NCBI GenBank assembly: GCA_964416845.1
Contig: CAYQFV010000002.1
Location: forward strand, 4,525-68,524
Source: an uncultured Phycisphaeraceae bacterium
GTDB taxonomy: Bacteria > Planctomycetota > Phycisphaerae > UBA1845
Direction of reading: 5' to 3'
DNA length: 64,000 nt
In this document: positions 35,907 to 43,389 of the stretch, piece after piece
Layout of the letters: each line of letters starts with the position of its first letter
How positions within the stretch are numbered: the first letter of the stretch is position 1
The notes under the pieces: generated by a model
Database searches by the model: none
The model's input: only the letters and a program-made list of their open reading frames with translations
Told to the model about the DNA's origin: nothing
Position numbers and translations under genes: made by a program

Positions 35907-37496
35907 ATGACGGCAAAAATCCTGCTGGTGGACGCCGAGCCAGCCGTACGCTCAACGATGGTCACAGCGCTCGAAGAGCAAGGCCACTGGTGCGCCGAAT
36001 GCGAGGGTGGCGCCCAAGCGTACGTTCGTTTGCGACGTGAGGCGTTCGACTTGGTTGTCTCCGACGTCCGTGTTCCCGAAATTGGCGGACTCGAATTGCT
36101 GGACATGGTGTCGTCCATGCGGAGACGTCCCGCGGTGATCCTCACGTCGGAGCACGCCAGCTCGGAATGCGTTCGTCGAGCGTTCAGGCGGGGCGCGTTC
36201 GATGTTTTGCCCAAACCGCTCGACCCCGCCGAACTGCGCCAGTCCATTGAAGACGCGTTGCTTCGATCCAACCATCCGACATCCGCGCCAAGCCCGACCA
36301 AGCGGTCCCCATCGACGCGTGCGTCGCAGCCGCGTGCCGCCACCGGGCTGCTGACGAGACGGGCCTTCGCCGAATCGCTGGCGCGAATGAGGAGCAAGTG
36401 TCGCCATTTGAATCAACGCGCCAGCCTTGTCGTCGTCGCGCTTGACGTCTCGAAATTGGAGTCGGGCTGCCTTACCGACGACGCGCTCCGAGCGATGGAA
36501 CTCGCGCTCAACGAAACGATCCACTCGGTCGGACAGGCTGTCCGGTACGACGCCGATCGCTTCATGTTTGTGCTCGACGACGCTCACACCGGCCGAACGA
36601 CGGACCACTGCGATCAACTCCGGAACTCCTTCGCCCGCCTTTGCAGTCAATCGTCGAGCACGAATCACCGGGCGTGCATGAGTTTCGGCATCGCCGTGTC
36701 ACAGGCGGGGTTTGTGGAATCCGAGGAAGATCTTGTCGACCGCGCGCTCCTTGCAGCCGCGGAGGCGAAGAGTCGCGGCAGCGGCCGGGCTGTTTGTTGG
36801 TCTGACCTTCCGATCACCGCGCCTTCCCAGCGACAGCTCGATCGCGCATCGGTTGATGACATCACCGTTTGGATCACCAAAGCTCGCCAGCAACTCAAAC
36901 GAAGCTGTGTCGAGTCGGCGCTCGCGCTCGTCGCCGCTGTGGAGACGAAAGAGCCGCTTGCCCGCGGGCACGCACGAGCAGTCAGTCATTACTGTGAGAT
37001 GATTGCCCGACGAATGGACCTAAGCCCGTTGCAGGTCGAATCTATCAAGATCGCAGCCTTGCTCCACGATATCGGCAAGATCGGCGTACCGGACAGCATC
37101 TTGCAGAAACCCGGCCCGCTGACCGCGGGGGAATTCGAACTGATAAAGAAACATCCGGAAACCGCGATGCAAATCTTGGAGAACAGCACGTCGATCCAGG
37201 ACGAACTGCCCTACATTCTGCACCATCACGAACGGTTCGACGGCGGCGGATATCCCCATGGCCTCGCCGGCAACGACATCCCGCTGCCCGCACGCATTCT
37301 GTGCGTCGGCGATTCGATCGCAGCGATGATGTCAGCCCGAAGCTACAAATCCGAGTACTCGCTCGACCGAACGCGATCCGAGCTTGTCCAGTGCAGTGGA
37401 ACGCAGTTTGATCCGGTTGCGGTCCGGGCGGCCATCGAGTGGCTCGAAACCGATCCCGATGCCCTGCAATTCGACCCCACGACCCCTCTGATTTAA
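35907..37496 (+). CDS. Response regulator with degenerate GGDEF-like middle domain and HD-GYP phosphodiesterase domain
   Basis: REC domain: KILLVDAEP...DLVVSDVRVPEIGGLELL...KP. Middle domain: TGLLTRRAFAESL...LVVVALDV, with no intact GGDEF. HD-GYP domain: HARAVSHYC...AALLHDIGKIGVPDSIL...HHERFDGGGYPHGL. Confidence 0.85.
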   Translation: MTAKILLVDAEPAVRSTMVTALEEQGHWCAECEGGAQAYVRLRREAFDLVVSDVRVPEIGGLELLDMVSSMRRRPAVILTSEHASSECVRRAFRRGAFDVLPKPLDPAELRQSIEDALLRSNHPTSAPSPTKRSPSTRASQPRAATGLLTRRAFAESLARMRSKCRHLNQRASLVVVALDVSKLESGCLTDDALRAMELALNETIHSVGQAVRYDADRFMFVLDDAHTGRTTDHCDQLRNSFARLCSQSSSTNHRACMSFGIAVSQAGFVESEEDLVDRALLAAAEAKSRGSGRAVCWSDLPITAPSQRQLDRASVDDITVWITKARQQLKRSCVESALALVAAVETKEPLARGHARAVSHYCEMIARRMDLSPLQVESIKIAALLHDIGKIGVPDSILQKPGPLTAGEFELIKKHPETAMQILENSTSIQDELPYILHHHERFDGGGYPHGLAGNDIPLPARILCVGDSIAAMMSARSYKSEYSLDRTRSELVQCSGTQFDPVAVRAAIEWLETDPDALQFDPTTPLI

Positions 37497-38476
37497 TCGC
37501 GGCTCGTCTCGCCGGCGAGGTGAAGCGCCCTCCAGCGGGCCAGCAACGCCGCCGACGTGCCGACCGAAATGTACGTCACCGGGAGAATGCGCAAATAGTT
37601 GCTCGATGGGACCGACACAAGTCCATCGACCAGAACGGTCGGAAAGGACATGCACAGTGCGATCGTGTACGCCGCCAGACACACGACCGGCACGGATAAG
37701 CATGACCACCACGTCGAGGTCGTCGGAAAAAACGCCTGTGCCCGACCAACGCCGACGTAGAAAGCAACGGCAACAGCAAACACCGCCTGACCGTGACTGA
37801 TGGCCCGCGCGCCCGCCCCGGTGCAGACCACGCTGATCAATACCAATCCCAACGCGGTCGCGGTCGCCAGATGCTTTAACCCTGCCCGCCAGGCGCGGCG
37901 CTCATCGGCACCGATTCTCCGAAACAACACTCCGCCGATGCCCGGCAGCAAAGGACCAGCCATCAACAACCCCGTCTTCCCGGAACCAGCCTGACACGGA
38001 TTCGCATCGGTCGGTTCAGTTCGCCCGCCTGCGAGCCATCGCACCACGACCGCCGAAACCACCATCGCAACCAGGACCGCCACGAACCAGAACAACCCGT
38101 CGACCATCAGCCACACACACAACGAGCGACTCTGGCCACGATCCATTAGGAGGGATGTCATGTTGTCCCCGCGCAGCGAAACGATCGCCATGCCGATTCC
38201 CACAGCGAACGCGCCGATATCGGGATACGCTCGCCCGGCGATCGCCGTCGCCAACGCCGACGCAACGGCTGCCAACGCCATCACCTGCATCATCATCAGC
38301 GCCGGATTCCTGTTCGTCAGAACGCTGACCGCACCGTACGGGTCGCCCGAACGAAACACCATCGCGCCCACCGACACGAGAATGCCGGCGGACACCATCC
38401 ACGCAACGTGAAACCGCAACCGTTCTTGACCTGGTAGATCCACCGCAGAACTCATCATCATGTTCGCCGTCGCCAT
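37493..38476 (-). CDS. Hypothetical polytopic membrane protein
   Basis: 327 aa with at least 8 hydrophobic segments and no recognisable motif. It is convergent with, and overlaps by 4 nt, the HD-GYP gene. Confidence 0.45.
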   Translation of the reverse strand: MATANMMMSSAVDLPGQERLRFHVAWMVSAGILVSVGAMVFRSGDPYGAVSVLTNRNPALMMMQVMALAAVASALATAIAGRAYPDIGAFAVGIGMAIVSLRGDNMTSLLMDRGQSRSLCVWLMVDGLFWFVAVLVAMVVSAVVVRWLAGGRTEPTDANPCQAGSGKTGLLMAGPLLPGIGGVLFRRIGADERRAWRAGLKHLATATALGLVLISVVCTGAGARAISHGQAVFAVAVAFYVGVGRAQAFFPTTSTWWSCLSVPVVCLAAYTIALCMSFPTVLVDGLVSVPSSNYLRILPVTYISVGTSAALLARWRALHLAGETSRD

Positions 38477-38558
38477 ACATCACCCCACACACAACACTGT
38501 TACACGCCGACGAACCCACCAACCGCACCGCCCTGCACGATGGAATTACAAGGCGAAG

Positions 38559-39479
38559 TCAGTGACGTCCACCTTGCGACCCACCGACTTCGTGCTTGCG
38601 CAGAATCTCATCAATCCGTGTCCGCACCACCGGACCAACCCGACACAACGGAAGACGAAACTCCTCCGACAGCAAGCCTTGCATCGCCATGGCTGTCTTG
38701 ATCGGCACCGGGTTCGACCCGCACGATCCAAGCTCCGTCGCCAGCGTGCAAATCCGATGGTGCAATCTCCGCGCAGCAACCGGATCGCGATCCACAGTGT
38801 CGACCAACGCTTTCATGCGCTTGGGAACAAGGTTGGACAATACGCTGATCACGCCGATCGCACCCATCGCCATCAAAGGCAGTGTCAACCGGTCGTCACC
38901 GCAGATCACACCGATATCGCTGCGCGAAAGGAGCTCGTCGATACGATCCACGCCACCGCTCGCATCTTTCAACGCCACCACGTGCTTGTATCGATCGCGC
39001 AAACGCATCACGGTTTCGTTTGCAAGATCAACGCCGCATCGCGCGGGCACGTTGTACAACACGATGGGCAGGTTGACGGCTTGGGCGACGGCGGAGTAGT
39101 GCTCAAACAACCCCGCCTGCTCGGGACGATTGTAATACGGGGTCACGACCAACACGCCGTCCGCCCCGACGGCAGCAGCATGCCGGGCCAACTCGACCGC
39201 TGTTCGGGTGCAGTTCGACCCTGCACCCGCCAGCACCTTACACCGACCGGCGACACGTTTGACCACCGTCTCAACAATTCGGCCATGCTCCGACTGCGAA
39301 AGCGTCGCGCTTTCTCCGGTCGTTCCACACGGCACGACACCATCGACGCCGCTCTCGACTTGGCGCTCGACGAGCCGATCAAGCGCAGGCCAATCGATTT
39401 CACCATCCAGAAACGGAGTCACCAGCGCCGTGTGAACGCCCGAGAATCGCTCCGAAACTCGTTCCGCTGGCATGATCAC
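38559..39479 (-). CDS. dapA: 4-hydroxy-tetrahydrodipicolinate synthase
   Basis: TALVTPF, VPCGTTGESATLS, VVTPYYNRP, LYNVP, and the Schiff-base lysine block VALKDASG. Confidence 0.9.
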   Translation of the reverse strand: MIMPAERVSERFSGVHTALVTPFLDGEIDWPALDRLVERQVESGVDGVVPCGTTGESATLSQSEHGRIVETVVKRVAGRCKVLAGAGSNCTRTAVELARHAAAVGADGVLVVTPYYNRPEQAGLFEHYSAVAQAVNLPIVLYNVPARCGVDLANETVMRLRDRYKHVVALKDASGGVDRIDELLSRSDIGVICGDDRLTLPLMAMGAIGVISVLSNLVPKRMKALVDTVDRDPVAARRLHHRICTLATELGSCGSNPVPIKTAMAMQGLLSEEFRLPLCRVGPVVRTRIDEILRKHEVGGSQGGRH

Positions 39480-40729
39480 GGCTGGGCTTCCTTGCTTGCC
39501 ACCAACCGCAAGTCAATCGTGACGTCCATCGCTCTGGGCGTGCGTGCGATGATCGCCACCGCGCCGTCGTGATATTGAACGCGCGACAACAGTTGCGTCT
39601 CGAACGACTCACGAAGCTCCGGTTCGGGCGGATGATCCGCAAGCTCGCGCCGAAAACGCATGATCGCCGAAAACGCCCGATTCTTCGTTTCGATCCGGTC
39701 GGCCAGCGCGACCACCGCTTCCGCCATCGCCACCGGCCGGGCTTCCGCCAGATTGTAACCGCTCCGCAGCACGTCCGCCGGAACGACCGTGGGCTTTCGC
39801 CGAGCCCCCGGCGATGAAATGCTCAACGCGCCACCCGGGAAATGATCCACCGTCAGCATCATCCGGCAGTACGTCGCGACCGCGAACGACTCGCGAAACG
39901 CAGCCTGCCTCTTGCCGGTGAACAACGGCAGTGCAAACCCGCGCAACGTCAACCGCAACATCGTGTCGCCGATGCCGTTTACTTCGACCGTTCCCACGCT
40001 GGACGACGCCGAACGCGCTGACCAGTCGACCTTGATCCGAACGTCGATCGGTTCCAGCTGAAAGGCATCCATCACCAGTTTCGCCGCAACGGACTGCGAC
40101 AGCGGCGACGGCGTTAGCCCGTCGCGCTTGGTCAGGTCAGTCGGGTGGCCTTCGTCTTGTAACTTGACCAGCGAGGCGTACCAGTCGAGCACGTCCGCGC
40201 CGTTCTCCTTCGCCGCAGCCACAATCGCCTCGGCAATCTTGGCGATCGCTTGATCGTACTGCGTGACCATGAAGATGTTCTTCTTGCTCACCGTTGGAAG
40301 CGGCGGCGTGAGGACGAACGCTCTCGCACCCAAGTCGCGACATTTCTTCAACATCGTCGCCATGTTCGCAGCAGCCATCGATGCTCGTGCGGGACTCTCA
40401 CCCTTCAAATCGCCATCGCCCAACCCGCAACAGATCACAACCGTTGTCGGACGAAGCGGTGCGACCAGCTCGTCAAAACGGGCAGCAGCCTCGCCCGTCT
40501 TGGCCAGATTCGGGCCAGGCAGCGCGACCTGCCAGAACTTCGCTCTCGATTCGGGATACTTCGCGCGGACGAAATTCTCAACCATCGTGCCGAACCCGTC
40601 GGGATACACGAGCGAATCGCCGTAGAAGACGATGCGCTCCTCGCCGACGATGTTTAGTTGGGCGACGGACGCCCGTGCAGTCAACAGCACAGCCGCCGAC
40701 ATGATCGCGAGCCTCGCGATGTTTGTCAT
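39476..40729 (-). CDS. SGNH/GDSL-family hydrolase-like exported protein
   Basis: Signal peptide MTNIARLAIMSAAVLLTARASVA. Block I is IVFYGDSL, followed later by VVICCGLGDG. It has a long uncharacterised C-terminal half. Start and stop overlap neighbouring genes by 4 nt, which suggests an operon. Confidence 0.6.
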   Translation of the reverse strand: MTNIARLAIMSAAVLLTARASVAQLNIVGEERIVFYGDSLVYPDGFGTMVENFVRAKYPESRAKFWQVALPGPNLAKTGEAAARFDELVAPLRPTTVVICCGLGDGDLKGESPARASMAAANMATMLKKCRDLGARAFVLTPPLPTVSKKNIFMVTQYDQAIAKIAEAIVAAAKENGADVLDWYASLVKLQDEGHPTDLTKRDGLTPSPLSQSVAAKLVMDAFQLEPIDVRIKVDWSARSASSSVGTVEVNGIGDTMLRLTLRGFALPLFTGKRQAAFRESFAVATYCRMMLTVDHFPGGALSISSPGARRKPTVVPADVLRSGYNLAEARPVAMAEAVVALADRIETKNRAFSAIMRFRRELADHPPEPELRESFETQLLSRVQYHDGAVAIIARTPRAMDVTIDLRLVASKEAQP

Positions 40730-41466
40730 GATGTTGTTCCTCGAGATGCGTGTAGATCCAGAAGCGCCTTCATGGAGCGAACCGCCTCGCGCATCCCCAC
40801 AAAAACCGCCCGCGACACGATCGAATGTCCAATGTTGAATTCACAAAACCCGTCCATCGCTGCCACGCGGGACACGTTGCGGTAGGTCAGCCCGTGGCCG
40901 CCATGAACCACCAATCCGTCGCGCCTGCCCGTGTCAACGGCGCTGGCAAGGGACTCCAACGCTGTTGCAATCTCCGCGTCGTTGCGAGCATTCGCATATC
41001 CCCCGGTCCACAACTCGATCGCGTCGAAACCTGCTTCGGCACACGCGTGGATCTGATCAGCCGCCGGCTCGATGAACGCGCTCACACTGCTGCCACAATC
41101 GTGCAGGCGCTTGACGACGTCGGCCACGCGCTCTCCCAAACCGACCACGTCCAACCCCCCCTCGGTGGTCAGTTCCTCCCGGCGCTCGGGAACCAACGAC
41201 GCTTGCGCCGGCGATAGCGAGCATGCGATCGCGACGATCTCCGTCGCGATCGACATTTCCATATTCAACTTCACCGACACCGTTTCACGGAGCAAACGCG
41301 CATCGGTGTCGTTGATGTGACGGCGATCCTCGCGAAGATGGAAGGTAATTCCGTCCGCCCCGCCCAATTCCGCCTCGACAGCCGCCCAAACCGGGCTTGG
41401 CTCATCCGTCCCTCGAGCCTGCCGGACAGTGGCTACGTGGTCAATGTTGACGCCCAATCGAACCAT
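40726..41466 (-). CDS. pdxJ: Pyridoxine 5'-phosphate synthase
   Basis: MVRLGVNIDHVATVRQARG, ITFHLREDRRHI and IELWTGGYA are PdxJ signature blocks. Confidence 0.9.
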   Translation of the reverse strand: MVRLGVNIDHVATVRQARGTDEPSPVWAAVEAELGGADGITFHLREDRRHINDTDARLLRETVSVKLNMEMSIATEIVAIACSLSPAQASLVPERREELTTEGGLDVVGLGERVADVVKRLHDCGSSVSAFIEPAADQIHACAEAGFDAIELWTGGYANARNDAEIATALESLASAVDTGRRDGLVVHGGHGLTYRNVSRVAAMDGFCEFNIGHSIVSRAVFVGMREAVRSMKALLDLHASRGTTS

Positions 41467-41541
41467 GCACCGCCTCCGCTCCCTGACCGAACAGGCATTA
41501 TAGATGCGCGAGTCGGGCTGTAAATGAAATCGGGAGGCCGG

Positions 41542-41868
41542 TCAGCAATCCGGTTCGGTGGTCACCGAGAGGCTGAACGTTGCGAATTGTTCACAATACA
41601 GCTCCGCCCGCTCCCGATGCGTCACCAGAAGAAGCGCAACATCGGTATCGTGAGCCTCAAGCATGATCTCGATCGCTTCTTCAACCGAAAGCGGTGTCAA
41701 GCGGAAGATAACGTCGACGACATGGAGCATGTCGTTCTCGTCGTCGTTGTGCAGGAGAACACGATACGGAGGCAAAATTCCAGGGCGAGGGACAGCCTTG
41801 ACCGGCGCAACCGCGACGCCCTCTCCTTCCGACGCTGACCCTTGATGTGCAGGATTCTCAAGCACCAT
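41542..41868 (-). CDS. clpS: ATP-dependent Clp protease adaptor ClpS
   Basis: The ATG at 41868 gives MVLENP.... The core YRVLLHNDDENDMLHVVDVIFRL...EAIEIMLEAHDTDVALL matches ClpS. Confidence 0.85.
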   Translation of the reverse strand: MVLENPAHQGSASEGEGVAVAPVKAVPRPGILPPYRVLLHNDDENDMLHVVDVIFRLTPLSVEEAIEIMLEAHDTDVALLLVTHRERAELYCEQFATFSLSVTTEPDC

Positions 41869-42022
41869 CGTCACCTCAACCCGTAGCATACCCGGCCACC
41901 CCGAGAAGCGCCAAGGCCTTTTTTTGACCGACAAACAGCCTCTCCCAGGCAATCCGCGGGTGAGCGATTCACGCCTCGGGAGGCCAATTCCGCCGCCCCC
42001 CCAAAAAAACCGATTTTATCGC

Positions 42023-42054
42023 TTGACCTTCAAGCTAACTCTAAGGTGTAGAAT
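42023..42054 (+). promoter_or_regulatory. MerR-type metal-responsive promoter/operator (long spacer with dyad)
   Basis: TTGACC (42023-42028), a 20-nt spacer, then TAGAAT (42049-42054). The imperfect dyad ACCTTCAAG ... CTCTAAGGT spans the spacer and overlaps the -35. This is the architecture of CueR/ZntR/CadR/MerR-controlled promoters. The first in-frame ATG (42064) is 10 nt after the -10, which implies a very short leader. Confidence 0.6.
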
Positions 42055-42063
42055 GTGAGTGAG

Positions 42064-42498
42064 ATGACAATGAAGACACGAACAGCCCAGTTGATGACGA
42101 TCGGCGAGGTGGCCCGTATGGCGAGTGTGGCGACGCCCACGCTGCGGTACTACGAGCAGGAGGGTCTCCTTTCTCCGACCACGCGGAGCCGAGCAGGCTA
42201 CCGTCTTTACAATGCCGAAGCGGTCGAACAGTTGCGGTTCATCCGCTCCGCACAGGCAGTGGGATTCACCCTCGACGACATCCGCACGCTCGCCCGGCTC
42301 GAAGGAGAGAGTGGCAAGACTTGCAAAGCGGAAGTAAGGCGGCTGCTGGGGCAACGGCTTGCGGAAGTCAACGACAAGATGAAGGATTTGAAACGCGTTC
42401 AGCAGGCATTGGGGCAAGCCCTGGACCGTTGTCAACGCTCGAATGGCGAGTGCAAGGTACTGAAGGAAATCCGCCCCACAAGACAAAGAAGGAGATGA
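42064..42498 (+). CDS. MerR-family metal-sensing transcriptional regulator (CadR/PbrR/ZntR-like)
   Basis: HTH MTIGEVARMASVATPTLRYYEQEGLL...GYRLY, then a coiled-coil dimerisation helix. There is a Cys at the helix start (GKTCKAEV) and a C-terminal C-x6-C (DRCQRSNGECKV). The start could be 42055 (GTG), 42064, 42070 or 42094. Confidence 0.85.
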   Translation: MTMKTRTAQLMTIGEVARMASVATPTLRYYEQEGLLSPTTRSRAGYRLYNAEAVEQLRFIRSAQAVGFTLDDIRTLARLEGESGKTCKAEVRRLLGQRLAEVNDKMKDLKRVQQALGQALDRCQRSNGECKVLKEIRPTRQRRR

Positions 42499-42833
42499 TG
42501 ATGGTGACAAGACGATGGACGCTGTCCGCCCTGGCGGTGGCGATGCTTGGTGTCGCTGCGCTTGGAGCGGTGAGACTGGCCGCCGCCGACTCGGGGCGAG
42601 CGGACTGCCCTGGCAAGATCGTCTGCCCACAAACGGGCAAGCTCATCTGCCGGGACAAGTGTCAGATGATTGACCAGAATCGCCCGGACTGCCCCGGTCG
42701 AGTCGTGTGCCCGCTCACGGGAAAGCTTGTGTGCAAGGATCGGTGCCCTCTCGGCGACACGGCGACGAAGAAAGGCGACGCGAAAAACGCAGATGCGAAG
42801 GACAAGCCGGCGTGCTGTCGGAAAGGCAAATGA
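42495..42833 (+). CDS. Small exported protein with duplicated four-Cys repeat (putative periplasmic metal-binding; unknown family)
   Basis: The start ATGATGATG overlaps the regulator's TGA. Signal: MMMVTRRWTLSALAVAMLGVAALGAVRLAAA|DSG, with a Tat-like RR. Two 28-aa-spaced repeats follow: DCPGKIVCPQTGKLICRDKC and DCPGRVVCPLTGKLVCKDRC. The tail is Lys-rich and ends ACCRKGK. Confidence 0.65.
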   Translation: MMMVTRRWTLSALAVAMLGVAALGAVRLAAADSGRADCPGKIVCPQTGKLICRDKCQMIDQNRPDCPGRVVCPLTGKLVCKDRCPLGDTATKKGDAKNADAKDKPACCRKGK

Positions 42834-43309
42834 CGGCTGACTGTTCCAAGGACGACCTCATTGCGGAAAGCGCGCCGCAAAGGGGCCGTCCGGGTTGGCT
42901 GCAAACGCTGATCGCCATCCCGGCGGCGGTGCTGCCACTATTGCCGAGTTTTTCGTGCCCGGTATGCGTCGCAGCCTACGCGGGCTTGCTCTCGTCGCTG
43001 GGTTTGGGCTTCCTTCTCACCGATCGCGTGCAGAGGCCCATGATCGTTGCGTTCCTGGTTGTTTCGGTGGCCAGCGTGGCCTGGACTGCGAGGCAATATA
43101 AGCGGACCGGACCGTTGGTACTTGTCCTTGTTGGCTCCGCCGGGATCGTCGCGGGACGCCTCGTGTGGAGCGTAGCACCAGCGCTGTACGCTGGCGCGCT
43201 CTGCCTTGTGACGGGCACCGTTTGGAACCTGATACTGAAGCGGCCGCGGACGAAACTTGTCACGCTGACCGTCGCGGATACCGCGCACACGAGGGGCCCG
43301 AGTTCATGA
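42830..43309 (+). CDS. MerC-like heavy-metal transport membrane protein
   Basis: The ATG at 42830 overlaps the previous TGA (ATGA). There are four hydrophobic helices. The first carries SCPVCVAAYAGLLSSLGLGFL, which is comparable to the MerC CxxC helix ending ...IGLGFL. Confidence 0.55.
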   Translation: MTADCSKDDLIAESAPQRGRPGWLQTLIAIPAAVLPLLPSFSCPVCVAAYAGLLSSLGLGFLLTDRVQRPMIVAFLVVSVASVAWTARQYKRTGPLVLVLVGSAGIVAGRLVWSVAPALYAGALCLVTGTVWNLILKRPRTKLVTLTVADTAHTRGPSS

Positions 43310-43389
43310 AGGCCCGACAAGTGTCCCTTGCGGCATCCAGCACGTTCTTGTTCCGTCCGGTCCGCTTGTAAGCGCCAAGCTCGGACTCG

